Source: Candidatus Woesearchaeota archaeon (GTDB taxonomy: Archaea > Nanobdellota > Nanobdellia > Woesearchaeales > DSVV01). From it: DNA of 64,000 bases. The translations under genes were made by a program, and so were the position numbers. A model generated the notes under the pieces. It saw nothing but the letters and a program-made list of their open reading frames with translations. It was not told the DNA's origin and made no database searches. The first letter of the stretch is position 1, and the number at the start of each line of letters is the position of its first letter. This document shows, in pieces, positions 1 through 10,764 of this stretch. The stretch covers positions 601 through 64,600 of the forward strand of contig JABJHR010000003.1 in assembly GCA_018661705.1 (NCBI GenBank), written 5' to 3'.

Positions 1-2120
1 GACTTTGTGAATTACCACAACCATTTGCATTTGTTGTAATAGTGCTTTCTGCATCAATTGTCAAATTTGCAACATTTATATCAAACCAATCAGCATCCCA
101 AGTATCACTTGTTAAATTATAACCGGAAGTTAAAGACTTAAAACTAATCATTTCATAATCACTAAAAGTTAAATTATTTACATTAAAACTTTCGCTGATA
201 TTAAAAACATCTTCTGTCCAAACTTCCCCTCCTTTATATACAAAACTAAGATTTGTTTCTGAAGGATCACCATCAAAAGTCATTGTATCTTCTATAATTG
301 TAAAATTACCTACATTAATAACACCAGTCATTTCAAGACGTAATAAACTTCCAAGTAAAGTTAAATTATTAAATGAAAAATTTACATTTTGTGAGACTTT
401 AAAACTACCATCACTTGCATAGTCAGTTACATTAAACTCCATCCCTTCATCAATCCAAGCATTATTATCATCAGTATCAACAAATAATAAAGTTCCTTCT
501 TCACCATCATCTGCACTATTTGGACCAGAACCACCAGTTACACTGCTTGCTGACATACTATTCAAACTATTTTCGTTAAAATAAACAGCAATTCTACCTC
601 CTGAACCACCACCACCACTATCAGAACCACAATTCCCACCTGCACCACCATCTGCAGTAAAATTACCAACACCAGTAAAAACATTAGATGTAACCCAAAT
701 ACTACCACCACTACCACCACCTGCGGCATAATAACTACAACTTGCTCCACCAACACCACCATTTACAGTAATTGTTCCTGATAAATTAAAAGTATCAGTA
801 GAATTAATTCTAATTACACCACCACCACTACCACCAACACCTGAACTTCCAGAAGTACCACCACCACTACCAAAATAACTTGGTCTTAAAGCACTACCAT
901 AATCACTGCCACCAGCATAATTACTTTCACCATCACCACCATCACCACCATATGCTCCACCACCACCACCATTTTGATAAATCCCATCTCTTCCTTCACC
1001 AACACCAGCAACAGAAGTTCCTTGACTAGCACATCTGTTTGAAGCATCAGGGCTTTGTGAATTACCACAACCATTTGCATTTGTAGTAATACTACTTCCT
1101 GCATCTATTGATAAATTTGCAACATCTATATCAAACCAATCTGCCTCCCAAGTATCATCTGTTAATTCATAACCAGAAGTTAATGATTTAAAACTAACCA
1201 TTTCATAATCAGTAAATGTTAACCTATTCACATTGAAACTTTCACTGATATTAAAAGCATCTTCTGTCCAAACCTCCCCACCCTTATACACAAAACTAAT
1301 ATTTTGCTCTGAAGGATCACCATCAAAAATTAAAGTTGCTTCATCAATTGTAAAATTTCCTACATTAATAACACCAGTCATTTCAAGACGTAATAAACTC
1401 CCAAGTAAAGTTAAATTATTAAATGAAAAGTTTACATTTTGTGAAGCCTTAAAACTACCATCACTAGCATAATCAGTTACATTAAACTCCATTCCTTCAT
1501 CAATCCAAGCATTATTATCATCTTTATCAACAAATAATAAAGTTCCTTCTTCACCATCAGTTGCACTTCCTGGACCAGAACCACCAGTAACAGTACTAGC
1601 AGAGAAATCATTCAAACCACCATCATCAAAGTAAACTGCAATTCTACCACCACTACCACCAGCACCATCTGCTGCACTACAGTCTCCACCTGCACCACCA
1701 TCTGCTGAGAAATTACCAACACCAGTTAAAACAATTGAACTAACCCAAATACTACCACCACTACCACCACCAGCAGCATAATAAGAACAAGTTGTACCAC
1801 CAGCACCACCATCTGCTGTAACAACACCACTTAAGTTAAAAGTATCAGTTACAATTATTCTTAAATTACCACCACCACTGCCACCAACTCCTGCATTTCC
1901 AGATGTTCCACCACCACTACCAAAATGTGATGGTCTTAAAGCACTACCATAATCACTACCGCCAGCATAACCACTATCACCATTACCACCATCACCACCA
2001 TATCCTCCTCCACCACCAGCTTCATGATAAATTCCATCTTTTCCTTCTCCTACTCCTGCACCAGTTCCCTGACTAGAACAATTATTTTCATCATCTGGGC
2101 TTTGTGAACTACCACATCCT
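1..2120. repeat. Coding tandem repeat, period ~1050 bp (~350 aa)
   Basis: TTTGTGAA(T/C)TACCACA recurs at 4, 1054 and 2101 (offsets 1050 and 1047); the intervening blocks are highly similar. Confidence 0.92.
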
Positions 2121-3694
2121 TTCTCATCTGCACTTATAGTAGCACCAATATCAACTGTTAAATTAATTGCAGTTAAAGCATAATCTCCATTAACAGTTAA
2201 TGTTGCAGAATTATTTACAATAATAACATCACAAGCTGCACTTGAATTTAATATATAACTTTCATTTACAACCCAAGTTTGACCAACACCTGGACAAAGA
2301 CCATCTAGAGACACAGGTGGACCACCAAATCCAAAAATTGTTACATTATCTGTTTCATTAAAAACATCATATCCTAACAAACTACCATTACAACTTATGT
2401 TATATTCAAACTCATCTTCTGATAAAAACGTTCTTTCATATTCATAAAGTTGGTGTGCAGCAACAAAATCCATTTCATTGTTTATGCTATCATTAAAACT
2501 AATCAAACAAGTAACATTATCTCCAGAAACATTACCACCAATTAAACTACCATTCGGCATTGTATAGTTTGCAAAGAATTCAACTTCATCCAAAATATAC
2601 TTTTCTTCATCCCCTCTAAACACGCCTTCATCTGTACTATCCCAAATAACTAAACTAGTTACATTTGTAACATTTGTTTGGTTTGTTTGATTAATTGATG
2701 CATAAATAGTAATATTATCCATAATGTTCAAAGGGACATAACCAAGCAAAGAACCATCACAACTTATGTTGTAATCATAATCACCTGCTTCTTCAAAAGT
2801 ATTATCAAATTCATATAAATCATATGCACCAATATAATTCATTTCATCAGAATCACCATTTGAAAAATTAATTACACAATTAACACCTTCTCCGTCTGTT
2901 TCTTTTCCAATTGCACTTCCATTTTCCATACTGTAATTTGCAAAAAACTCTACTTCCTCATAAGTAAACATTTCCTGATTACCATGAAACTCTCCAAGAT
3001 CTGAATTATCCCAAATAGTTAAGTTTGCAATGTTTGTTTCATTACTTCCCCCACCTGCATAAGCAGTAAAGTGTGTTACTGAGAACGAGATAGTATTTCC
3101 ATTATCAACAAAAGGTGTATTTGTTTCTTGCCAACCATGAAGATCAACACATTCAAACTCTTCTTTATCAAACTCATCACACCTCATAATATACTCAACA
3201 TTATGTGTTTTAGGTAAAGTTAGAGATGCGCTTTCAATTTCTACTGTATCAGAGGCAAAAACAGCTGTCTTAATAAAACCAAATCTTTCATCATCCTCAT
3301 CTAAAGTATCAATGATTGTTTTTAATTCAAGACTTTCATTGTGACTATTAATCCCATAAATCTCAACAATTGCTTCAGGAGTTTCCCCTACATGTACAAG
3401 CCCAGGAATACCAGGGGAACTACTTAAGGTAACATCAAATAAATTATCCTCTCTTTTCGTAATATCATGGTGCCCTGTTGCATAGCCATATTGATCGTGT
3501 AAATCAACATCAATAATTCTGACTTCCACATCTGGATTTTGATCAACAAATGCCATTCCTGTTATTAAATTCCCACCAAGATTAAAACCACTAAAAGTTA
3601 TATCCTCTCTTAAGCCAATATGAAACACAACTGCCACAATCAAAACTAAAAGAATAAACCCAACACCAGTTGTTTTGTTAATTCTTTGTTTCAT
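1..3694 (-). CDS. Giant Gly-rich repeat surface protein (partial, runs off the left edge; absent from ORF track)
   Basis: ATG at 3694 overlaps the upstream TGA (ATGA). Reads MKQRINKTTGVGFILLVLIVAVVF (signal/anchor), LITGMAF, SVTHFTAYAG, two ~123-aa repeats, then ~350-aa GGGGGxYGG/GSGGG repeats. Many NxS/T sequons. No stop seen. Confidence 0.9.
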   Translation of the reverse strand, partial: MKQRINKTTGVGFILLVLIVAVVFHIGLREDITFSGFNLGGNLITGMAFVDQNPDVEVRIIDVDLHDQYGYATGHHDITKREDNLFDVTLSSSPGIPGLVHVGETPEAIVEIYGINSHNESLELKTIIDTLDEDDERFGFIKTAVFASDTVEIESASLTLPKTHNVEYIMRCDEFDKEEFECVDLHGWQETNTPFVDNGNTISFSVTHFTAYAGGGSNETNIANLTIWDNSDLGEFHGNQEMFTYEEVEFFANYSMENGSAIGKETDGEGVNCVINFSNGDSDEMNYIGAYDLYEFDNTFEEAGDYDYNISCDGSLLGYVPLNIMDNITIYASINQTNQTNVTNVTSLVIWDSTDEGVFRGDEEKYILDEVEFFANYTMPNGSLIGGNVSGDNVTCLISFNDSINNEMDFVAAHQLYEYERTFLSEDEFEYNISCNGSLLGYDVFNETDNVTIFGFGGPPVSLDGLCPGVGQTWVVNESYILNSSAACDVIIVNNSATLTVNGDYALTAINLTVDIGATISADEKGCGSSQSPDDENNCSSQGTGAGVGEGKDGIYHEAGGGGGYGGDGGNGDSGYAGGSDYGSALRPSHFGSGGGTSGNAGVGGSGGGNLRIIVTDTFNLSGVVTADGGAGGTTCSYYAAGGGSGGSIWVSSIVLTGVGNFSADGGAGGDCSAADGAGGSGGRIAVYFDDGGLNDFSASTVTGGSGPGSATDGEEGTLLFVDKDDNNAWIDEGMEFNVTDYASDGSFKASQNVNFSFNNLTLLGSLLRLEMTGVINVGNFTIDEATLIFDGDPSEQNISFVYKGGEVWTEDAFNISESFNVNRLTFTDYEMVSFKSLTSGYELTDDTWEADWFDIDVANLSIDAGSSITTNANGCGNSQSPDASNRCASQGTSVAGVGEGRDGIYQNGGGGGAYGGDGGDGESNYAGGSDYGSALRPSYFGSGGGTSGSSGVGGSGGGVIRINSTDTFNLSGTITVNGGVGGASCSYYAAGGGSGGSIWVTSNVFTGVGNFTADGGAGGNCGSDSGGGGSGGRIAVYFNENSLNSMSASSVTGGSGPNSADDGEEGTLLFVDTDDNNAWIDEGMEFNVTDYASDGSFKVSQNVNFSFNNLTLLGSLLRLEMTGVINVGNFTIIEDTMTFDGDPSETNLSFVYKGGEVWTEDVFNISESFNVNNLTFSDYEMISFKSLTSGYNLTSDTWDADWFDINVANLTIDAESTITTNANGCGNSQS
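2330..3040. repeat. Two diverged ~369-bp coding repeats
   Basis: IWD..D / EVEFFANY / YNISCxGSLLGY occur twice; anchors at 2569 and 2938. Confidence 0.8.
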
Positions 3695-4263
3695 TTTAGT
3701 TTTTTACCCCTCATAGGATTTTTTTTGTGGGGATTCTTTCTTTCAGAATTCAGTTTTTTTATTGCACGATTGTATACAGTCCAAATTGTTCTTTGATTTC
3801 TTCCAAGAAGTTTTCCAATTTCATTATATTTCAATTCTTTATCATCTTTCAAGAACTTAACAAGAGCTTCTAACATACTTAATTTAGAAACAAAAATATT
3901 TAATGGAACAAACACAATAGCACCAGTAACTTTTCTGTGTTTATCAACAACATTAATTGTTCTAAATTTCTTAAGATGTTTCTTTGATGCTTTTGAGTAA
4001 CTAATTCTTACATTAGCTTCACTTTTTTGTAGTTTTGCAGCAATATCTTTAAGTTTTAGATTTAGATTTTCTCGGAGATATTTAACCACAGCTTCTAAAC
4101 AACCTAATTCAGGAACAAATATAGAACTAGGCAAAAAGATCTCATTATACCAAGATTTTATGATTTTTTGAGGGTCATGATTAGGTTTTACCTTGTGATA
4201 AGCATAAACAAGTTTAAGAAAATCTTTGTCATTACAGATTTTTTGATGATTTTTTGTCATCAA
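3691..4263 (-). CDS. Tandem HTH (sigma-70 region 4-like) DNA-binding protein
   Basis: Two similar units: LEAVVKYLRE..LKDIAAKLQKSEANVRISY and LEALVKFLKD..YNEIGKLLGRNQRTIWTVY. Confidence 0.8.
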   Translation of the reverse strand: MMTKNHQKICNDKDFLKLVYAYHKVKPNHDPQKIIKSWYNEIFLPSSIFVPELGCLEAVVKYLRENLNLKLKDIAAKLQKSEANVRISYSKASKKHLKKFRTINVVDKHRKVTGAIVFVPLNIFVSKLSMLEALVKFLKDDKELKYNEIGKLLGRNQRTIWTVYNRAIKKLNSERKNPHKKNPMRGKKLK

Positions 4264-4657
4264 TCTGTTAAATTTATAACTAAAAACCTAAGAAGTCCCT
4301 CCTAATAATTCAAACAAAAAACCCATATTCAACATTTTCAGCTCATTCATTTCTTACACCCCTTATATTTTAGTTATATTATATATATATCGATCAGATA
4401 GATCCATTTTATAAACTATGTAAGTATCTATTTATAAACTTTCTTATAAAATACTTACAAATAGATATAAATCAAGAATAATTAATAATTATTAATAATA
4501 ATTAAAGATAATTAAATATAGTAAAAAATAATAAATATTTAATAAAAAGAAATAAATAACAATAAAAAACACAAGTTTAGAATTATTCAATGAATTATTT
4601 AATGAATAAATCAATAAAAAACAAAGAAGAAACGTGAAAAAAAGAAGAAAAGTTAAA

Positions 4658-5767
4658 TTACAAGAAATCTGTTTCAACATTTAAAGAATCAACAGTAGGA
4701 TATTCTTTAACAATTGCAATTTTAATAGATTTAGAACATTTTTTAAGTTCTTTTACTAGTTTTTCAACAACAACTGTTGTTGTTAGTAATCTTTTTCTTT
4801 TTTTATCTAAACCATAATACTTTTTTGGAACATTATTTTGTTTTAAAACATTAATTATGCACTTCAAACTAGTTCCATTATGATAATAAATTGCTCCCCT
4901 AATTAACATTCCTTCTTCATCAACAATATCGTATGGTTTCGCAGCATTCTTTGACCTTTTTTTAATTCTATTTCTTAATTGAACATTATCTTTTAATTTA
5001 CAAGTGCAATAATGAACATTTAGTTTGTATTTTTTTGTAAAAATATATTTCAAAAGTTTTTTTGATAATTCTTCACTGCCTTTAACTCCATAACTATACT
5101 TGTCTTTTGCTCTAAAGCCTTTCTCGACGAGCTTACAAGCATTAGTATCACTAATTTCTAGTTCATTTAAATTCAAAAATTTAATTTTATTTCTTTTTTT
5201 ATCTTTATTACAAAGAAAATCAATCATTTTTTTATACTGTTTTTCAATACCAGGAATTACTGGAACTTCAACACCAATATCCCAACCATATTTTTCTGCA
5301 AGAGTTATTTTTTCCCAAAAATTAGAATTATAAACATCTAAATGAAATCTAATTTCATCTAAACCAGCATTAAAAAGTTTTTTTAATTTATTATCAGCAA
5401 CAAGTTCCAATGGGGTGTATAAATGAATATGAAATTTTTCACCAAACCTTTTTTTTAGTGCTTTAATAAATTTAATTGTTCGTTCTAATTTAATTAATGG
5501 GTCCCCTCCTGTGATACCAACGCCTTTACTACCACAAAGTGTTATTTCAGTAAACAAATCATTAATTTGTCGAGATGGCCATTCATTAAAATAGATTACA
5601 TCTTTATTTTTTTTCTGATCACTAATTGGACAAAAAAAGCAATTTTTACTGCATAATCCAGTGATTAATAAAACTGTTTTTTCACCTTTAATACATTGTT
5701 GACAACCTTTTGCAAGACTACCAATTTTGTAAGAATTAAATTTTGTTTTTTGTATTTTTTTTATCAT
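4658..5767 (-). CDS. Radical SAM protein (archaeal, PFL-activase-like)
   Basis: CSKNCFFC motif, GITGGDP, LDEIRFH. Start moved to MIKKIQ. Confidence 0.88.
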   Translation of the reverse strand: MIKKIQKTKFNSYKIGSLAKGCQQCIKGEKTVLLITGLCSKNCFFCPISDQKKNKDVIYFNEWPSRQINDLFTEITLCGSKGVGITGGDPLIKLERTIKFIKALKKRFGEKFHIHLYTPLELVADNKLKKLFNAGLDEIRFHLDVYNSNFWEKITLAEKYGWDIGVEVPVIPGIEKQYKKMIDFLCNKDKKRNKIKFLNLNELEISDTNACKLVEKGFRAKDKYSYGVKGSEELSKKLLKYIFTKKYKLNVHYCTCKLKDNVQLRNRIKKRSKNAAKPYDIVDEEGMLIRGAIYYHNGTSLKCIINVLKQNNVPKKYYGLDKKRKRLLTTTVVVEKLVKELKKCSKSIKIAIVKEYPTVDSLNVETDFL

Positions 5768-5813
5768 TTTATTTAAAAAAGATAATTGATTATTATAAAA
5801 TAAAAAATAATAG

Positions 5814-6428
5814 TTAATCTGCCCCGCAGTAATCATGTCCTGGACATAATTTTAAATTTTTATTCTGTTCTTGAATTTTTTTAACTTTTTCTAAACTTTT
5901 TTTCATTTCTTCTGAAATTGACGTGGGAAGATCAGTTCTTCCAACACATAAATTAACCCCTGTTTCAATATTACCACCAAAATAAGTATCACCAGTAAAC
6001 AAAACCTTATCTTTTTCATACCAAAGACAAATACTTCCACGTGTATGACCAGGAGTATTTATGGTCTGTAAACCATTCATGTTCACCATTGGTTTTAATT
6101 TTTCATCCAAAAACTTCATCCTTGCAATAATTTCTGCATCTAAGACAGTAAATTCAGGATTTTCTTTAAAATCTTTAATTTCTTGTTTTGAAGCAAAAAA
6201 TTCAGCATTAGGAAATAAATCTGCGTTCCCAATATGGTCGTAATGTAAGTGAGTAAAAATAACTTTTTCTACTTTATCTAATGCAATCAATTTTGGTAAT
6301 AATAATTTTAAAACACTTGATTTAATTCTATCACCAGTATCAATAATTATTTTTTGATCAAAATCTAAGAGATATAGATTAGAATCTAACCCTAATTTCC
6401 AAATATTGTTTGATATCTTTTTTAACAT
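5814..6428 (-). CDS. MBL-fold metallo-hydrolase
   Basis: THLHYDHIG, TPGHTRGS, FTGDT, PGH. Confidence 0.93.
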   Translation of the reverse strand: MLKKISNNIWKLGLDSNLYLLDFDQKIIIDTGDRIKSSVLKLLLPKLIALDKVEKVIFTHLHYDHIGNADLFPNAEFFASKQEIKDFKENPEFTVLDAEIIARMKFLDEKLKPMVNMNGLQTINTPGHTRGSICLWYEKDKVLFTGDTYFGGNIETGVNLCVGRTDLPTSISEEMKKSLEKVKKIQEQNKNLKLCPGHDYCGAD

Positions 6429-6501
6429 GATATATAGTTAATAAGGCTTATATTTATACTTTTGGCATTTGTAAGAAAATCATAAAAAGACTTAATTTGT
6501 C

Positions 6502-6517
6502 AAAAACTATATAAATC
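6502..6517 (+). promoter_or_regulatory. BRE/TATA promoter, probably leaderless transcript
   Basis: AAAAACTATATAAATC with TATA ~25 nt before ATG 6540; identical 16-mer at 49167. Confidence 0.6.
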
Positions 6518-6539
6518 AAGATAATAGATATAAAATACA

Positions 6540-7382
6540 ATGGAAAAAAGCATAGAATCATTTGATGGAACAAGATTATTTTACATCCATAAAGAAACAA
6601 ATAATCCACACACAATCATTTTTTTACATGGGATTGGCGGGAACTGGACAGTTTGGAGAAAAGAAATAGATTTTTTCATTGAAAAAGGATATTCAATAAT
6701 TGCACCAGACTTGAGAGGACACGGATTATCTGATCGCCCTGTTGAAAAAGAAAGATACGACATACACCATTTTAGCGACGATATAAAAAATATTTTGAAG
6801 AAAGAAAGAGTTAAGAAATTTAGTATTATTGGGCATAGTTTAGGTGGTATGATTGCTTTAAATTATTGTGAAATAAGTAAACAATTACCAAAATCATTAG
6901 TGCTTATTGATACAGCACATAGATTTCCTTATAAAACAGATCATGAGTTTAAGCTAAACCCATATCTAATACATTTATTAAGGAAATTATCAAATAGTAA
7001 ATACCATTTAGTAAATTTCTTTCCACATTTATGCAATGATAGAGAAGAGTTAAAAAGTTTTAAAGCAAAGCACAATATTTTGTTTAGTTTAATATATCAT
7101 ACTCCATTAAAATGCATTTTTAATTGTGTTGATAGTTTTCATGAATACTCAGATAAACATGTAAAAGACACCGAACAAGTTCTAAAATCCTTAAATATAC
7201 CTGTATTAATTATTGCCTCAAATAAAGATAGAACAATTAATCCAAAATATTCAAAAGAATTGCATGAATTAATTAAAGAATCAGAATTAAAAGCAATTAA
7301 TCATAGACATCATCGAGTCCATATTAGGGCTAATGAATTAAACTCAAATATTTTCGAATTTCTAACAAAATACAAGTTATAA
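6540..7382 (+). CDS. Alpha/beta hydrolase
   Basis: FLHGIGG, DLRGHGLS, GHSLGG nucleophile elbow. Confidence 0.92.
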   Translation: MEKSIESFDGTRLFYIHKETNNPHTIIFLHGIGGNWTVWRKEIDFFIEKGYSIIAPDLRGHGLSDRPVEKERYDIHHFSDDIKNILKKERVKKFSIIGHSLGGMIALNYCEISKQLPKSLVLIDTAHRFPYKTDHEFKLNPYLIHLLRKLSNSKYHLVNFFPHLCNDREELKSFKAKHNILFSLIYHTPLKCIFNCVDSFHEYSDKHVKDTEQVLKSLNIPVLIIASNKDRTINPKYSKELHELIKESELKAINHRHHRVHIRANELNSNIFEFLTKYKL

Positions 7383-7587
7383 AATTAATTTGCTAGATTT
7401 GAATTATATAAAACAATATAACGGCAAAATAACAATAAAAACATTGTTTTCATTATTGAAAAGAAATAATAAATAGACCGGTATAAAGGTAGCGTCGACA
7501 AAAAGAATAAAATTTGAAATCACTACTCTGAAATAACTATTCCAACACATATTTCTATTTATATTAGTTTCTAATACTTATGATAAA

Positions 7588-8916
7588 ATGGTAGGAAAAC
7601 TGTTGGGAACATTAGCAGGACTTGGTCTTGGTATGGGTGTTGTAGGAACTGCAAATGCTGCAGACATTGATGATTACTTAGCTAGAAGAGCTATAGAAAA
7701 TATTTCTAATGTTACAATTGAAGCACCTGAAATATTATTAAGAGGGCCCCTATCCATTTATGCAATGGAGAATAACAAAGATGACAATGCTTATATTGGA
7801 CCTGATCCAAATGAAAATACTAAAACAGAAGATCCATTAATGGTTAAATTACCAGATTTAGATAATATTAGAGAACCGCAAAAAGAAGATACTCCTTTAA
7901 TTAAACCTATTACATTATCAAAAGGTTGGGATTTAGATTTAATGTTTGAATTTCTCATAGTTCCAAAATTAATGGGATGTGATGCACTAGAAGAAAGATT
8001 AGATGTTACCAGAGAAGGCTTTGAAGGATCAATGGGTGAAGAATTTGGTAATCAATTACAAATTAGTCCAATGTTTGGATCATTAGGTGTAGTAACAAGA
8101 TTAACATCACCATGGGGATTTACAAGCAGAGATCATTTAACATTTTTATTAAGTGCACATTATGCATCATCTTCAATCTTTGGAAAAATAACAAGTAAAA
8201 AAGATTATAATGCAACATTATTAGATGGTGTAATTGAATTAGGAAAAACAACTGCACTTTGGGAACAAAATCTAAATCACCATCTTGCCCTATTAGCAGG
8301 AATTGGTTATGATTGGGATTTAGTAAGAAAACCTAATTTCAAATTAGGAGCAGAACTTAGTGCAAGAGCCGGCCTAGCTTATATGGAATTTTCCACATTA
8401 TTAGATTTATTTGTTCATGACACAACCCAATTTGAAAAATTTACTTACGAGGTTGCTGCTGCCATTGATGTATACAGACATAGATTTACAGAATCAGAAG
8501 GAGATGCCTGGGGTGGCCTTGGAAGATTTGAAGGAACATTCCAATTTAGATTCTGGAAAGGTCTTGCTTTAGATATAGGTGGTGGTTTTCAGGTAGAAGA
8601 ATATTCTAATTTTCATATGAATGTAACAGAATATTCAGGAGGATTTCCCGATCAAGAGATTAGTGAATATTTGGTAAGAAAAAATCCAATTAATGATAGA
8701 GATGATGTTGGAAACATAGATAACAATATTAATCCTATGACAAGAAATGGATGGTATGCATTTGCAAGACTAGGGTGGACATTTTCAGGTATTTTTGGTA
8801 CAAAAAAAATTGAAACAGAAACAGGGGAGAAAGAGTTATATTTACCTATACAATATTTAACACCAGCAACAACAACAGATAATTCAACAACAACAGAAAC
8901 AAGACTCTTAAGATAG
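7588..8916 (+). CDS. Secreted protein with outer-membrane beta-barrel-like strands
   Basis: Signal peptide ending TANA. Amphipathic strands such as LALLAGIGYDW, LGAELSARAGLAY, LALDIGGGFQ and GWYAFARLGWTF. Confidence 0.6.
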   Translation: MVGKLLGTLAGLGLGMGVVGTANAADIDDYLARRAIENISNVTIEAPEILLRGPLSIYAMENNKDDNAYIGPDPNENTKTEDPLMVKLPDLDNIREPQKEDTPLIKPITLSKGWDLDLMFEFLIVPKLMGCDALEERLDVTREGFEGSMGEEFGNQLQISPMFGSLGVVTRLTSPWGFTSRDHLTFLLSAHYASSSIFGKITSKKDYNATLLDGVIELGKTTALWEQNLNHHLALLAGIGYDWDLVRKPNFKLGAELSARAGLAYMEFSTLLDLFVHDTTQFEKFTYEVAAAIDVYRHRFTESEGDAWGGLGRFEGTFQFRFWKGLALDIGGGFQVEEYSNFHMNVTEYSGGFPDQEISEYLVRKNPINDRDDVGNIDNNINPMTRNGWYAFARLGWTFSGIFGTKKIETETGEKELYLPIQYLTPATTTDNSTTTETRLLR

Positions 8917-8945
8917 AAGTTCTTAAAACTTACTTTTTTCTTTTA

Positions 8946-10511
8946 TCAATCTATATACTTATTCTTAATCCTACAAACATTAAACAATTCATGATCATGG
9001 CAATGAAGACAGATACAAGGATTAATAATAGATCTATCGTTCAAATAAGATTCTTTAAAATCAGAATTAATTTCCATTAATCTCTTTAAAATGATATTAT
9101 GATATAGCTGTTTTAAATTATCATTTGCTTTAACACCTTTGTTTAAATGAATTTTAATATTAAAATTAATATTTTCTTTTTTATCATAATCCACACCAAT
9201 TCTAAAACTTTTAGTAGATTTAATTAATCTTGGATGAGAATGGAGACACATCTCTATTTGGTGAGGATAAACATTTGCGCCATCTAATGAGATTGTACCA
9301 TCACTTCTTCCAACAACATACAAAAATGGAAGTTTAAGAACATCATTTTTAAGAACTTCTTTTGTAATAGATTTATTTCCAAATTTCTTTAATTTTTTTG
9401 CAATTTTGGGTTCATATTTATCTAATAGTTTAATCATGTCTGTATATTTAATCACACCGCCTTCATCATGAAGATTATATTTTATTTTAGGACTAACAAC
9501 ATTCTTATCAAGTAAACTAATTTGATATTCTTGTTTGCCTTGTTTGTTGATATGATTAGTAATACAATGCATTGAAGGATTATATTGAAATAACATAGGC
9601 AATTTTTCATGATGTCCAAACAATTCCATACTTAATTTTTTATTCTTACTGGCCACCTTTCTTATTAATTGCGAAAACGGAGTTTCAAAACCAACACCTA
9701 TATCAATATCACTTGCACCATATGAACTAATAACTTTAGCTCCTTTTTTGAGATGATTTTTAACATAATCAACCCATTCGAGAATAATACCTTCTCCACC
9801 CGTAATGATATCAACATTATAGTCTTTCCAATTAATTTTCTTTTTTCCTTCATCAAGCAAATGTTTAACAAAAGGCGGATAACCAGCAATAATATAATTA
9901 TATTTTTTACCAAAGGTCTTTAGTGTTTTGATTATATTTTCAACATCTGTATCAGTATTTTTTACAAGACAATAATGTTCGATAATTTCGCAGAATTTAA
10001 CGCCAGTTGCCCACGGACCAGTCGACCATGCACTTAATACAATGTAATCTTTATTATCAGAATCAAAGGTATAATTAAATTCAAACTTTGCTGCTTTAAA
10101 CAACATATCTTCTTCCTTTACAGACCTTATCCAGTTTGTTGGACTCCCACTACTACCAGAACTTTCGTCAATATTTCCCCTAAAAGGAAGCACACCATTA
10201 AAACATCTAGCTTCATACCCATATTTTTTAATATAATTCTTTTTATTTGTTTGAGGCACAAATTTGTTATAATCTTCAAAAGTTTTAATTTTACTAACAT
10301 CCACATTATTTTTTTTCAAGAAATCAGCATAAGCAGGAACATTCTTGGCTGCGTGTTTAAAAACAGCAATTAATTTTTTTTTAGAAATTTCTTCTAAAAC
10401 TTCAGGATTAGACTTTGTAACAAGAATTTTGGCTTTTTTGTAATCATTCATTACAAAAGACTCAAACCTAGTTAAAACTGATACAGGTAATAATTTCACC
10501 AAATTTTTCAT
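8946..10511 (-). CDS. Phenylacetate-CoA ligase / CapK-like adenylate-forming enzyme
   Basis: VPAY, ESSGSSGSP, YGASD, KYNLHDEG, GRSDG, GANVYP. Confidence 0.85.
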   Translation of the reverse strand: MKNLVKLLPVSVLTRFESFVMNDYKKAKILVTKSNPEVLEEISKKKLIAVFKHAAKNVPAYADFLKKNNVDVSKIKTFEDYNKFVPQTNKKNYIKKYGYEARCFNGVLPFRGNIDESSGSSGSPTNWIRSVKEEDMLFKAAKFEFNYTFDSDNKDYIVLSAWSTGPWATGVKFCEIIEHYCLVKNTDTDVENIIKTLKTFGKKYNYIIAGYPPFVKHLLDEGKKKINWKDYNVDIITGGEGIILEWVDYVKNHLKKGAKVISSYGASDIDIGVGFETPFSQLIRKVASKNKKLSMELFGHHEKLPMLFQYNPSMHCITNHINKQGKQEYQISLLDKNVVSPKIKYNLHDEGGVIKYTDMIKLLDKYEPKIAKKLKKFGNKSITKEVLKNDVLKLPFLYVVGRSDGTISLDGANVYPHQIEMCLHSHPRLIKSTKSFRIGVDYDKKENINFNIKIHLNKGVKANDNLKQLYHNIILKRLMEINSDFKESYLNDRSIINPCICLHCHDHELFNVCRIKNKYID

Positions 10512-10764
10512 TGTTCTAATTTAGAGATATATCTTTATATAAAGATTGTGGTGAAACATATATTTTCAATAATGAAAATAAATAAATAGATAAAAAAGTT
10601 TATATATAGATATAGATAACTATATGGTGTCGGTTACCATTAAAGTGTGACAAACAACATAGTGATTTGGTGATAATATCGCAGAAACAGTAATTGATTT
10701 TTCAAACATTGTACTTGATAGAGTTAGATCAGAGAATAGAGTAAGTGTTAGTTACCTTTGTGGC

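Noticed and set aside
562..1472. Short ORFs 562-762, 886-1104 and 1233-1472
   Set aside because: Off-frame or antisense shadows of the giant repeat gene.
1..2120. CRISPR or non-coding repeat array
   Set aside because: The period is ~1050 bp, a multiple of three, and protein-coding; there are no spacers or cas genes.
4288..4290. Genome-wide TAG recoding
   Set aside because: Conserved genes such as dnaG, rnj and pyrE end normally at TAG.
4492..4680. 62-aa hydrophobic ORF
   Set aside because: Low-complexity AT-rich intergenic sequence with a TTG start and no RBS.
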